A stretch of DNA of 64,000 nt from Azolla caroliniana (Eukaryota > Plantae > Polypodiophyta): contig JBHGNT010000003.1 in NCBI GenBank assembly GCA_043228905.1, positions 12,648,001 to 12,712,000 of the forward strand, in the 5' to 3' direction. A model generated the notes under the pieces. It did not search any database. It worked only from the letters and a program-made list of their open reading frames with translations, and was not told the DNA's origin. This document shows, in pieces, positions 23,493-36,730 of this stretch. The first letter of the stretch is position 1. Each line of letters opens with the position of its first letter. A program made the position numbers and the translations under genes.

Positions 23493-26400
23493 ATATCACA
23501 TAATCTTCCGCTTATCAACTAATCACATAATTAGGTACTAATTAACTCTTGCTTACAATCAACATGAACACACAAATGGGTAGCTCGCTCCCTAGTGAAA
23601 AGCTAGACCGAAACAATTATTCATCTTGGGAGTACAAGATGAACCAATACCTCATTGGCCAAGGGTATTGGAGCTACATCAATGGCACTCAAGAAAATCG
23701 ACCCGACCCAAAGAACACCGACTACGCAATATGGGAGCAAGCGGCTAGTCAAGTCATGCATTGCTTGGCAACATGTGTCCACGACCACATGCTTAGCCAC
23801 ATTCGAGACGCCAAGACGCCCAAAGAGACGTGGGAGAACTTAAAGAAAATGTTCGCCGCCAACACAACCGCCCGAAAGTTTCAACTCCGACAAAAGTTGA
23901 ACAACATTCGGCAAAAAGACATGTCTGTGTCGGACTACACTACCAAGATCAAGAGCATTTGCGACTCACTTGGCTCCATCAAAATAAACGTCGACGAAGA
24001 CGAGATGGTTCAAGTATGCTTGGGCGGCCTTGCACGACGATTCGATCCATTACGGACGGCAATCTAGGCAAGATAAAACCCTTTGTTCTTTGACCTCCAA
24101 TCAATGTTATTGGTCAAAGAGAACCATGTCCAAACCAAGATGAAGACGTCGGAAGGACAAATGTTCTTCTCAAGTTCAGATGGTGGCCGAGGACGAGGTC
24201 ACGGCGGTAGAAGAGGCCAATTCGGCCCATCACACAAAGGGAACTCAAACCTTCACGGAAGCCATCGAGGAACCTTCGGAAGAAGGGGGAGCTTCCACGC
24301 CGAACATGATCGGCAAATGAGGCTCGCACCTTGCAATTATTGTGGCAAAATTGGGCACTACGAGGCGAAGTGTCGGAAAAAGAGACGTGAGTCGGCTTCA
24401 ACAAGTTGACAACTCACAAACTACGCATCGAACTCCGACTACAACAATCATAGCGGAATGTTCACGAATCACGTATCGAATTCAGACTATGACGATCGTA
24501 GTGAAATGTTTACAAATTATGGCACGAATTCCGACTATGGCGACCGTGGCAGAATGTTCGTAATGAGGCATAGAGCGAACTCTATGAAGGCCTCCAACTC
24601 CGCAAGCACCTCCAATTCATAAGACATGTGGTTCGTCGATTCCGGCACCTCACATCACATGAAATCCCACAAAGAGTGGTTCAATGACTTGCGTACAGTG
24701 GATCAACCCGGCTACATAGAGACGGGAGACGACACCACGCATCCCATTCGGCACATCGGCAATGTCCCATTCGGGAAAGAAGGCGAGCAAACTTGCATCA
24801 AGAATGTCTTGCACGTGCCCAAAATAACGAAGAATTTGGTCTCGTTCAGCCAAATCATGGAGCAAGGCATGCAAGTCCGCTTCAACAACGAAGGTTGTTT
24901 CATCGAGAAAGATGGCCGACTAATAGCAAAGGGGTGGAGAGACGGCCGAATATTCATCCTCGATTCGAACGAGGTGAAATTGGCAATGTACACCAAAGGT
25001 CTCAAAACCGAGACAAGCATCAAGTTGTGGCATAAGAGAATCGACCACATAAACCTCCAACTCCTTCGAGCTATGCAAACAAAGGGAGTCGTCATCGGAC
25101 TTCCGAAATTCAAGTCGACCGAGTATGCGAAGCGTGTCAACTCAGCAAACAACATTGACTCCCATTCCCAAAGGAGGGCTCCGCAAGCAAAGGCCTCCTC
25201 GACGTCATACACTCGGATGTATGGGGACCGACTCAAACGCCGACGATCGGCGGATGCCGATACTACGTAACCTTCAACGACGACTACTCGCACTACGTGT
25301 GGATCTACCCAATGAAGAAGAAGAGTGAAGTGTTCTCCCACTTCCAAAAGCTCAAGGGGCAAGTCGAAAAAGAAACCCGTCGGCACATTCAATGCCTACG
25401 ATCGGATAGAGGAAAGGAGTACTTCTCCGACGAATTCACCTCCTACCTCCAAAGTCAAGGCATTTGGAGAGAATTCTCATGATGACAGACACCCCAACAA
25501 AATGGAGTAGCCAAAAGGAAGAATCAGCAAATACTCGAGGTAGCACGTGCCATGATGCATGAGAAGCACATGCCGAATTTCTATTGGGCCGAAGCGGCAT
25601 CCACGGCCGTCTATCTCATGAACCAGTGCACCACTAATGGAGTGCATGAGTTAACTCCATACGAGCTCCTCTTCGGAAGGAAGCCGATCCTGTCGCACCT
25701 CAAGGTGTTCGGAAGCATTGCGGATGTACACATTCGGAACGAACAACGATAGAAGCCCGACGCGAAGTCAAAGGAATGTATCCTCATAGGATACTTGTCT
25801 GAGAAGAAGGCATACAAGTGCTACAACCCTTCTACCCGAGAGGTTTGGGTAAGTCAAGATGTAGTCTTCGACGAGTCCGCATCCTGGTACGCACCAGAGA
25901 CAACCTTGACTCCGACTCTGCTCGACCCGGAATCCTCCAAACAAGAGGTAGAAGATGGAGATCGCTTTGATGTGTTCGAAGAAAGTCCAATTATGGCAAG
26001 GCCTAATGGGCCACAAGAGCCCCCACACGACCCAAGCACGTCGCGGCCAAGTACGAACTTGGACAAAGGCAAAGGTAATATGCCCGAATACGAAGTCGAT
26101 CACCCCGACGACAGTGATTCGGATGTGTCTGCTCCCTCACTAGACAATGAGTTCGGTGTACCCATCATGCGGTCACCAGGAGCAAAGAAGGCGCTCACAT
26201 CGGCTAGCGAAAAACTTCAACGCTCATCTAGAGCAAAGAATCCCATCACTCGGCATGGCTACAACGAGTACATGGCCCATCACTATGCCTTCTCGATGAA
26301 GGTAGCGGCCGAACAAAAGCCCAAGAGCTCCACCGAAGCAACTCGTAACCCACGATGGGTGGAAGTAGTCGGCCTTCACCCACACACTACAAGCCTTCAT

Positions 26401-26816
26401 CACCAGCTTGAGGGGGAGGACCCGAGATTGCCACGGAGAACAAAGCCGAAGGCGGGACAGAAGCCGCACAGAAGCCGACATCGAAAGCCGGACACGCCGA
26501 AAGCAAAACCGAATGTCGGACGACGCACACTTTAGCTTGAGGGGGCCTGTTGAGAGATCAAGCTCAACTTAGTTTAGTTAGTTAGTCAACCATGTAACTT
26601 CGTAGTTACCTAGATAGAATCTAGTTAGAAGTGTTGACTATAATGCCTTAAATAGGACCTTGTACTTAAGTGGGATATTCTAGATCCTCCACTCAAACAT
26701 GTGCACCTTTGCACATTGGATGTATATATACCTCATTGTGGGTATTTTTGTATTTGATGATGATGATGATAATGCTAATTTAATATAGTTACTCATCCCC
26801 CATCTTGTGTTGTTCA

Positions 26817-26888
<72 letters not shown>

Positions 26889-27300
26889 ACACATATCACA
26901 TAATCTTCAGCTTATCAACTAATCACATAATTAGGTACTAATTAACTCTTGCTTAATTACCTAATTCTTAACACAAAGCATAATGGTGCACGCCAAGGGC
27001 CAAACAAACAAAGTGAATTCGAAGGGATTTTCTTGGGATTTGATCACAATATCAAACTAGAAAGGAGACACCATTACAAAGATCAAACAACCGATGGTCA
27101 ACTGTCGAAACGTTGGTGGCACATGCATGGTGCATGAAGGGTTATGCTTAGGAAAGGCGAAAGAGGCCACGACAGCTCGGACGAAGGATTTGGTGGTTTG
27201 GATGGTCTCCATCGCTATGGTGGAAAGAATGGTCATGGTAGCATTGGAAGAGATCTAAGGAGCCAATGAGCTAGTTCAAGGTCAATCTCCACCATAGATA
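21830..27300 (+). mobile_element. Degenerate gag-like/acidic TE coding region, host of the 23111 copia
   Basis: Broken Glu-rich ORFs at 21912-23110 with a ~176-bp tandem duplication (22561 and 22737). The sequence resumes after the TSD at 26979. Confidence 0.4.
23111..26973 (+). mobile_element. Internally deleted Ty1/copia (gag-PR-INT present; RT, RNase H and PBS deleted)
   Basis: LTRs 23111-~23555 and 26548-26973 with a (CT)n(CA)n microsatellite, TSD CAAAG. Gag LPSEKLDRNNY and WFVDSG are homologous to the 4664 element. The sequence jumps from RWVE (26355-26365) to the 3' end. Confidence 0.93.
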
Positions 27301-27304
27301 GTTA

Positions 27305-28155
27305 GGTTATGAAGAAAGGAAAATATTCGGACAAGGATTAAAGATTTCAACTAGGCGGATGTAACTCAGTACCACACTTGGCACATAATGAAAAATAATG
27401 AAATAATTATTTGATATTAGCTTAATGGATTGGTACGAAAATATGGGCGTCTTCAAGAGCTTCCAAACGCATTTTACTACGTATGAAACGGACAACTACG
27501 TATCAAGTTATGTGTGTATGAAGTTGGAGAAGATGAGGGAACATAACTGTTACAAGATATCCCACATAAGCAGGAAAATATCGAATCCAGTAGTATATAA
27601 GTAGACCCAGAACCCATCAATTCATATTTGAGGGTTTGGAACGGATCAGAACAACTAGAATGGTTTGGAATGGCTAGAACGGTTCGAAACGTCCAGAATG
27701 GGCCGAGCGATCGAATGCGGTTGAATTGCTCCTGCAGTGATCCGTAGTGCATGGGCCGGATGGTATGGACGGTAGGCATGCCACGAACGTGGAGCCTGGA
27801 GGCCATGCAACTAAAGAAAACGCCATGTGGGACGCATGCAACTGAGCTGGAGATGCAAACTAGAGTTCCTGCATGCAAGTGCAGATATCTTCGGGTGAAG
27901 AAAAACCCAGAATCCTTAGGAAGGAAGGGGCTATCACTTGAAAACCCTAATTTATCTTATCAAAGCCATCACTCAGGGACCCTAATTTTTCTTATCTAAG
28001 CCATATCTCAAAAACCCTAACCCTAATTTTTCTTGTCTGTTAATCTCTGTAAGCCTAAAACTTTTGTAATCCCAATCTTGGAATAGATTGTAATTTTTCT
28101 TTTCTTTGCTAATGAAAATTACTAAACTTTCTCATTTCGGTTAATTCATAAAACA
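27305..28155. repeat. Probable LTR of an unclassified element
   Basis: Short terminal inverted match TTATGAA/TTCATAA, AAACCCTAA motifs, non-coding. Boundaries are approximate. Confidence 0.35.
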
Positions 28156-30623
28156 TAAATGCACGAATCTGGTATCCTCTGGTCGGAGGCCCCGGGTACC
28201 TGCCTCAAGTTCACACATCTTTGTCGTATTTTCACGACAACAGTTTTCCCCTTTGATCGGGTCATGACTTGTTGTACATCGGTGACTTCGGCTATAACCA
28301 TATTTACCACCGATTGTTTTACCTTAATCTTGACCGGGGCATGGCTGCTGTAATGCCCTTCTTGTCGGCAATAATAGCAATATACTTTCCGGGCCCTGCT
28401 CGATTCACCTTTATATTCGCCTGTCGGTTGCATATTAGGAGTCATCTAATTAATTTCTTCTGGTCTTCGTTGCTCCGGATGTGCTACTACTTTACTTGTG
28501 TCAGGCCCCCAATGGTACTCTTGTTCCATGTCCCCGTGCTCATTTATCCGATTGTAATTCCTACGTCGGTTGCGGCGTTGGTACCCTTGCCTATCCGGTA
28601 CCCCTTCGATCTATTCCTCTTCTCCGGTCATACTCTGGAGAGTAGTCTCTATCATATCGGACCCGAGGGTACTCATCCTTCCTTCGGTCATCGTACTGGA
28701 ATCATCCCTCCGATCTATATTTATCCTCTCTCCGAAACTAATCATCTTCTGGCCTCCGTTCTTCTTGAGGCTCTATCTACCTTACCGGCACTGCCTACCG
28801 ATTCAGCATGCTATATTCGCATCGTTCGATGTTATGTGCCTGTGAGTGGCGTAGTGCACACTACGTTCGCATTGTACATTCTAAACTTGAATGTCTCAGA
28901 TTGAGGCATGTTGTACATTGTATTGCCTGCCGGAATTGGAGGTCCTCCTCTCTGGGTAGTGCTCATTGTAAGGCTCCCATCGCCATGTGATTACCATTCT
29001 GGGCTTGATCCATGTCGAGCACCCGATCAATTACTTGATTGATACTACTGGTTCTAAAATCCAAAACCGCCAAAGTAGTCTGGAGTGGCTCTCTTAGAGC
29101 TGTCAAAAATATTTCTTTAACCTCATCTTCTAGGAGCGCTCGCGTCAACTGTTTGTGAAGATTCTGAAATCAGATGATAAACTACAGGTACTATTTCATG
29201 CGCCTCTTGATAGGTGGCATAAAATTTTCCGATTAATTCCCTTTGGGTGACCTGTCGGTGAAATAGCCATAGGAACTTGTCCCTTAGGGCCTGGAATGTC
29301 ACAAAGTCCCCTGGGTTATGTTGGCACTACCATCCTGTGGCCTGTCCGTCTAGGGATAGCCCAAATTATTTCTCCACGTCAGGTTCCACAAGCCGCTGAG
29401 AGACATGGTTGGCTTCCCATGTCACTAGGAATGTGTGGGCGTGTACTTCCACGTCAGGTTCATCCTAGTACTTTGGATACATGCACGACATGGTATCGTC
29501 TTCTTCGACATGTTCTGTTGCCAATATGATTTCTTGTGCCGGTGGTGTCAGCATTGAATTGTCTTCCTCTATCGGTGGTTGTTCCAGAATAACTTCTTTC
29601 GGCAGCACCAGATTGACTTCCTCTACCAGTGTCGTTGGAACCAGAATTACTTGTTTAGTTGGAAGTGTTGGTGTTGTAGTTTCCGACTCCGGTGTTGGTG
29701 TGTGCTCGGACCCGTCTTCCGTCGGCTCTTCCAGAGTATTGTGACTGGATCTATAATTCGAGTGGGCGTGCCGCTCGTTGTTGTCCGATCCCAACTCAAA
29801 TGCGGAAAAGGATTCTGAATCACCAGCTCATGTTGCTAAAGTCTGCAATACCGATTCAACGTCGATCTGACCAGTAAGGTTGCTTCCTTCTTTTGAGTGT
29901 TGTTGAGTTTGAATTAGGATTGTCTCATCTACAACCTACCGAAGCACTCTGGGATAAGATTGATCCTGTCGGATTTCTTCTACCGCCTGTTGGTAAGCTT
30001 CCTGCCTCCGTAGTCGGTCAACTAGTCTTCTCGCTCGTTTAGCCACTGGGTCGTTCGTTTGTCCATGCATCCATCCCCCATTGTTCACTACTCTGTGCAG
30101 AAATCGTGGCCGCCAAAACTGTGTTACTTCTAGGTTGGACTCACCGCAAACACAAGGTATTCCATTCCAGAATACTTATCCAAATGGGTGGTTGGAGTTA
30201 TGGATTATGATTCTTCAATCATACACTTATAAATATACTGTTATTTTCCGGATTGCCTTCCGAACACATACAACGTATCCGACACTTAATTACATGTGTA
30301 AGATCACAATATATAGCACAAACGGCAAGTACACAAGATAGAAAACAAGATAAAAAATCCACTATATTACTCGCATTACTTTCGTATAAGATACATCAAT
30401 CCGGATCCTTTATATGGGCATCCGGTAAGTAGTTGAAAACGGTGCCTCGTCTGACTGCCGATTACAAATGGTGCAGATCTGGATCGATACAACTATCCGG
30501 ATCCCTCATTTCCTTAATCTAAATTCTCTATAATATATTATTAATATCCGGATTTATCCCTTTCTGGTTCACACCTCCGCCTCCGGTTCATACTCTTCTT
30601 AGGTCAACACTCCACCGATAACA
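28156..30623 (-). mobile_element. 5' part of a non-chromovirus Ty3/gypsy: 5' LTR 30122-30623 and degenerate gag
   Basis: Zinc knuckle CYYCRQEGH at ~28350-28385 and gag KEIFLTALREPL at ~29080-29120. LTR termini TGTTAC..TAACA. PBS-like TGGCGGCCACG on the minus strand at ~30105-30115. Confidence 0.7.
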
Positions 30624-31570
30624 CCTTTGTTAGCATGTCTGATCTGTTCTCCGATGTGTGGATCTTCATTAGAGAAAGCTCCTTTTCTTCTACCCTCTCC
30701 CAGAGCCAATGCTATCTCCTCTCGATGTGCTTGGTCCTCGAGTGGTAGGCGGCATTCTTTGCAAGGTGGATGACACTTTGGTTGTCATAATTGTCGAATT
30801 CTTAGCTCTCCAATAAACTCCTTTATCCAGATTAAATCTTTGTCGGCTTGCACTACGGCCATATACTCCGCCTTTGTAGTTGACAATGCCACGGCCTTCT
30901 ACAACCTCAACTGCCATGAGATGTCCCCCCTTGCATAAGTCATTACATACCCGGGCATGGACCGATTGGTATCTACATCAGCCGACATGTCTGAGTCAGT
31001 AAAACCTTCTAATATGGGGTTACTTGAACCTAATCAGAGGCACACACTTGAGGTTCCTCTCAGGTACTAGAGTATCCAGTTGACTGTTCCCAAATCTCTC
31101 TGCCTAGATTGCACATGAACCGGTTGAGACTCCGACCGCATATCCGATGTCCAACCTAGTATATACCATCACCATCACGTACATTCGGCTTCCGACTGCT
31201 GAGGCATAGGGTACCTTCATCATCTCAGGCTCCTCCGTCTTTGTCTTCAAACATTGTCTCTAGGATAGCTTGTTGTTTCTCAGCAATGTTGAACCGATCG
31301 ACTTTTCGCTTTCTGCTTTCCATGTTGAACCTTTGGAGCACCTTTGTCACGTACGTCTCCTGTGACAGCCACACCAATTTCTTTGTCCGGTTCCAGACAA
31401 TGTGCATTCCAAGGATCTGTCTTGCCGGACCCATATCCTTCATTAAGAATGACTTGCTTAGAGCCTTCTTCAGCATTCCGATCTTGATATGGTCCCGTTT
31501 GACAATCAACATGTCGTGCACATATAGCAGGAGGATGAGGAAATCTCCTCCGTCGAACTTCTTCACACAC
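30624..31570 (-). mobile_element. Tnt1/Tork-like copia RT-RNase H fragment
   Basis: KKFDGGDFLILLLYVHDMLIV (31225-31566) and RNase H SDMLTKV, homologous to the 15 kb and 50 kb copies. Confidence 0.85.
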
Positions 31571-32087
31571 TTGTAATTTTAGGATGTGTTCACACCATAC
31601 GGAAGTTGAGTTTGATTCTCAACAAACCCTGCTTACATACGTATCAAAATTTACTTATGTGTTAGCCCTAAATGTATGCATATCTTATGTGGTCCCAACT
31701 TATTTATGTAAACCCTAAGCTTTGGAATATGGGCCCTCAACAATGAAATCATTCCATGGAACATAAGGCACTATAAAAATCATCATCAACTTCAGAAGCT
31801 TTGAATCAACATACCTGATCTCTTGTGAACTCAAAAAACTAAGGTTGTGGGGGGTAAGTGGGTTAGACATGCATACTAGCCCTCGTGCATGGGGTTAGTA
31901 TATAAATATGTTCTCATGTTGACATGACATGCTTAAGAACAAATCATGTCTCCTAAGTGTTTATTATTCAAGGCATTAGTTGGCACTTTGGTATTATCAT
32001 AAGTCCAACCTTGACAAATCTACCACTATGGAATCAATAATAAGAGCAAGTTAGTTACCTTAAAACGTTCCAATTATATTAGATCAT

Positions 32088-32597
32088 TGTTGAGATACAA
32101 GCTCAACATAGGCCGGATCGGCTGTGCAAGCCGAGAACCCGATCGGTTGGGACCGATCGGTTAGGCCGGACCGGTGCACAAACCGGTGCACAACGAGAAG
32201 CCGCTGTGCAAGCCGAGAACCCGATCGGTTAGGCTGGACCGGTGCACAAACCGGTGCACAACGAGAAGCCGTAGCGGTGCGTAAACCGTGAGGCCGTTGG
32301 AAAGATATTCCGCATAGGAATATATTTTGGGAGTTAGTGTAGAGCTCAGTTATGAGCATTGAAGTACGTGTCAATACTTCTGTCAGTCCATATGGACTTG
32401 TATAAAAGTGCTCATTGAGCACATCCCATGTACAGATTGAGTATTATTATTTTGAATAGAGGTGCGTGTATTGACTCTCTCTCTCCCTCTCTCTGTGTGT
32501 CTCTCCCGCGTATTGTGTGTGTCCAATCTTTCCATTAAACTTGTGTTTTTTTCCTACGTTCGGTTTTCTGTTGCTTCCGCACGTTGTTCTTTTTACA
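32088..32597 (+). mobile_element. Solo LTR of the 4664 copia lineage
   Basis: TG..CA termini flanked by TSD ATCAT (32083-32087 and 32598-32602). Aligns with LTR 4664-5115 and has an internal ~70-80 bp duplication. Confidence 0.92.
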
Positions 32598-33370
32598 ATC
32601 ATATTTGTATTGATATACATAATATTAGCTTAGGACAAAAACTCTTAGTGGGAATGAATGATTGTGGATATTCCAGAGTTGTTAATTGTTTTAATGAAAA
32701 GGCCATACTATTGAGTCGTGGCAAAGCAAATCATTGATCTTATTCTCTTCGTTTCGATACATGCCACATGGATACTTTCTTTTTATGTCATTTGACTCTT
32801 TATTTTAAATGACTCCATTTCATAAAGTAAAATATTACAAGTCAAAATCAATCGTGAGAGAGCTATAATGATTTGAGTGATCATTTATTTGCTTGATGCA
32901 CAAGAAACCGAACACCAAGAGGAGGGGCATGCTTGGTCTTTGTTTTTGGTTTTTTCACACACACACATATATTTTCTTGGAATATAGTTTATTTTGCTGA
33001 AAGTGCTGTTGTGTAGAATGGGAATCGTGCCATCTCCAACTTGCTTACTTCCTGCATTGCATGCTGTACCATGGCAAGAAGCATCCGAGAAAAACATGCT
33101 TGCAAGAAACAAAAACCAAAGAGGGGATAGTCATAGAAGGAGGGGATGACTAGTACTAGTAGTAAGTAGTAAGCGGTGTCCGAGAAGCCTCTTCTTCTTC
33201 AACATCCATTATGTATACATTATAAGAAAGAGAATGGTCCGTCTCATGATGATAGATAGAAGATAAGATACATACATACATAATGAAAGAAGAAAGATGC
33301 CTGCCTGCCTCTTCTTTATCCTTTATCCATATCCATAAACAATCAACGCCATACATACATACATACATAT

Positions 33371-33408
<38 letters not shown>

Positions 33409-33479
33409 AGGGCACAGAAATAGCGTAAGTAGATTACGTAGAGTAGAGGAAGAGTAATTAATATCTGTGTAAGCAAGGC

Positions 33480-35387
33480 ATGTCAGATGATCATCCGGCG
33501 GAGGAGCTGCCCGATCTGCATCGAGAGGCAGGTAATGGAGACGTGGGCAAGGTGAAGTCTCTCCTCACCTCTGCCTCATCGTCCTCATCCATCAACATGG
33601 AGGCGGGTTCCAAGAAGAACACGCCTTTGCACATCTCCATCCTTTTCAGAAACAAAGAGATCACAAGGCTTTTGATAGACTCAGGCGCATGCGTTACACA
33701 GCTGAATGCTGATATAGCCATGCCCATCAGTTATTGCAACGACAGAGATATGTTCGAGTCCATTCTCTCGTCTGTCCTCAATTATAGAAAGAAGCATCAT
33801 AACAACAAAAACATGGAGAACATATGGGGTGTTGTGGATTATAAGGGCAGGAACATTCTGCACTATGCCGCATCCATCCATGGCAGTAACAGAGCAGACC
33901 TCATCTTTGATTTGATCTCAACAACAAACTCTAGTGACGATCTTACCCGCGCAGATAGCGAAGGAGCTACATTCTTAGACATAGCTGCCAGAGAAGGGAA
34001 CACGGCTGTGTTAGAGGCACTTAAGAAGAACATGGATAGTAACATTAACAATATGAATGCGGATACTAGGAAAACATTGATCAACGGGCACCAAGTTGGT
34101 CTAACTGCTCTTATGCACAACCACAGGGAGTTCTTCGATGAGCTCCTGGGGTTAGGGAAAGTGAAAATCACTCTTGAGAACATATTGTTGAAGCTACATG
34201 AAGTTGTGGGGAGTAGTAGCATCATGGTAGCTGACAGAGCAGCAATGCTAAAAGAAGCAGGGAACTCCGACTACTACTCGAACGTGTGGTGGAGTCATGG
34301 GAGTGCACACTCTCCGACGGTAGAGAAGTTAAAGAAGATCGGTGAGAGTTTGCCTACATATGTAGCCTTGTATGCCGAGAAAGACGAGGTATTCAGGTTT
34401 TTGCTAGAAACGGAGGTGGTAACAGAGAATCAATGGGATGAGGAGAAGAAGAGGACATGTCTACACTGGGCTGTCGTCCACAAGAGGGCGGACATAGTCC
34501 AGAAGCTGATCTGTGGTGTGAAGTTCGAGCACTTGAGGAGGCCGAGTCCCAGTATTCAAGATGCAGATGGGAAGACAGCCCTACATATGGCTTTTGAGGA
34601 CAAGAACCATGAAGTGATGGAGATAATGAAAGGAAGGGCATCATTCAAAGAGTACGAGGACAAGCTGTTCAGGGACAGGGAGGTGTATATGCAAGCGCTG
34701 AATGCAGTATTGGTGGGGTCAGCCCTGATAGGGAGTGTGACCTTTGCGGGGTGGCTACAACTGCCATCCGACACATTCCAGGCGATAGAGATGAAGACGT
34801 TTTGGGGGAGCAACAGTGTGTCATTCTACTCCGCGGTTGCGTCCATGTGTGTGGCCATAGCCGCAGCCCTCCCGACGCCTACAAAGTATGTGGGCGCCAT
34901 AGTGAAGCAGCTGGGCTTAGCTCTGTTGATGGCCGCCATGTTGTTGGGTGTGTCTCTGGTTCAAGTGACCATGGCGTTTGCGGGTGCGGGCTTCGCGGCC
35001 TCCCTAACCATCCCTTCCACCCATCAGAGGAGCTACTATCACAACATCATGGTCTTCACCACCGCCATAGCTGCATGTGTATGTGCTATCACATTGGCCA
35101 GGTTCTTGGTGCAGCTGTTCCATTGTGTGCCGTCCTTCCCCGATGTCCTCTTGGCACTCTGCCCCTTCTTCACGACTCTGCCTTCCGTGGGATTGGGAGC
35201 TCATCCCGCTACCAAGTCTCTACTGGACCGAGTTGGGAAAAGTTCTCGCTCAGGATACCCTCATGCCAACCTCTCAGAGCACCAGCATTTGAAACGCGAT
35301 CTTGTGGGGAGTTATCTCCCACCTCCCGATACCAACGCCTCCAAGATGAAGAAATATCTCAAGGCCTTGGGTATTCAGCCAAGGTAG
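33480..35387 (+). CDS. Ankyrin-repeat protein with C-terminal PGG-like multi-pass transmembrane domain (ACD6/ITN1-like ANK-TM)
   Basis: Uninterrupted 635-aa ORF. Ankyrin motifs NTPLHISI, GRNILHYAA, GATFLDIAAREG, RTCLHWAV, GKTALHMA. These are followed by LNAVLVGSALIGSVTFAGWLQLP and three or more further hydrophobic helices. Confidence 0.9.
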   Translation: MSDDHPAEELPDLHREAGNGDVGKVKSLLTSASSSSSINMEAGSKKNTPLHISILFRNKEITRLLIDSGACVTQLNADIAMPISYCNDRDMFESILSSVLNYRKKHHNNKNMENIWGVVDYKGRNILHYAASIHGSNRADLIFDLISTTNSSDDLTRADSEGATFLDIAAREGNTAVLEALKKNMDSNINNMNADTRKTLINGHQVGLTALMHNHREFFDELLGLGKVKITLENILLKLHEVVGSSSIMVADRAAMLKEAGNSDYYSNVWWSHGSAHSPTVEKLKKIGESLPTYVALYAEKDEVFRFLLETEVVTENQWDEEKKRTCLHWAVVHKRADIVQKLICGVKFEHLRRPSPSIQDADGKTALHMAFEDKNHEVMEIMKGRASFKEYEDKLFRDREVYMQALNAVLVGSALIGSVTFAGWLQLPSDTFQAIEMKTFWGSNSVSFYSAVASMCVAIAAALPTPTKYVGAIVKQLGLALLMAAMLLGVSLVQVTMAFAGAGFAASLTIPSTHQRSYYHNIMVFTTAIAACVCAITLARFLVQLFHCVPSFPDVLLALCPFFTTLPSVGLGAHPATKSLLDRVGKSSRSGYPHANLSEHQHLKRDLVGSYLPPPDTNASKMKKYLKALGIQPR

Positions 35388-36299
35388 GCAAGGATGGAGG
35401 CCAACACCACCATGTCCATATGGGTTCCCATGTCCATGTCCCGTCCCAAAGCAGGAGAGGGCTTAGGACGGAAGGGCTCATCAACAATTCCATTTCATTG
35501 CTTCCCAGTCCCATTAAAATTCAATGCAATTCATCTATTCATGCTCATGCTCATGCTCATTCTTGCCTGCCTTCTTCTAGGCGTTGTACCTCCACCCCAT
35601 TTCTGAATTCCTTTGTTTTTGGGAGACGGATCTGCATTGTAGCACACACATAGTATGTCACTACTACTACCCTAAACTTTTCTGGGGAGGATGAGTGGAG
35701 ACAAACTGTCAAAAGGTATTGTACTAAGATGGATGTATACATTTGGTAGCAAGCCTTATGTATTGCTATCTATGAGCAGGTTGAATGTGGAAAATAGAAG
35801 ACTGTCTCAAGATGCAAATACTTTGTGTACATTGAAAGTGGAAATTAGAAGAGTGGTTTGACTTTGCTTGGGGAAGCCATCCTTATGGGAAAATCTTTTT
35901 ACTGTGGGGCGGAGATGGATGATGTTAAAAGATGTTGAAGCAGTTCTAGGGAGTGACAAGGCGATAGATTATGTTTCATTTACTTTTCAAATTTGGAGAG
36001 TGGTTTTCTCATTTTTTTGGGAAGGATGAGTGGAGACAATTGGTACCACGTTGTAGTTGTAGCTAACTATGAACAAGTTGAAGAAGGTCGATGTTTCACA
36101 ATGCAACTTTTTTGTGTGGAGACAAAGTAATGGAAGACGCTAGAAGGCTGCCATATGACGATCATCTTGTGTGTTTTACCCATGAGGAAAGAGGGCAAGC
36201 TTGAAAAGGAAAAAAATAAAAATAAAAACATTCAATGATATTCAATTTGAGATGTGGTTTCTTGGATGTACGCTAGGTGTTGATATTTGTTAGATACAC

Positions 36300-36730
36300 A
36301 TGATGTATTTCATATTCTTGCAAAGAGAGATGTTCTCTTGTGGAATGCATCTATTATAGGATAGGTGAACCATGGATCACTACAGTTTTTTTGTGGTTTA
36401 TTTGGTGAGGCACAAAAAATATTTTTAACTTTGATTTTGAGATATAAGGATGTGGGATGCAGTTATTTTGGCCTTGAGAAGTTTGCCAAGGTGGTTGTGA
36501 AAGAGTGATTGACATGCATAGAAAATCACATTAAAATTATGAGTAAGAGGCTGTTAGAAGACAATATTGAACTTGGGAATGCTTTGTTGGACATGTATGT
36601 TATATGTGGCAATCTTGAAAAAACACCAAAAACAGTCGATGATATTTCAGTTCGAGATGTAATTGATATTCTTGCAAACAAACATGTTCGCTTGTGAAAT
36701 GCATCTATCACAAGATATGTTGAGCATGGC
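36300..36730 (+). pseudogene. PPR (PLS-class) gene remnant
   Basis: ELGNALLDMYVICGNLEK..ISVRDV and RDVLLWNASIIG*VNHG motifs, with stops and frameshifts. Confidence 0.7.

Noticed and set aside
27940-28030. AAACCCTAA motifs as telomeric array
   Set aside because: A few dispersed telo-box-like motifs, common in plant LTRs. Not a tandem telomere tract.
34751-35653. 300-aa alternative-frame ORF overlapping the ANK-TM gene
   Set aside because: Non-ATG start, no recognisable motifs, and it overlaps a clear coding frame in GC-rich sequence.
35680-36130. Degenerate ~300-340 bp duplication downstream of the ANK-TM gene
   Set aside because: Only short blocks align, with no coding or structural signal.
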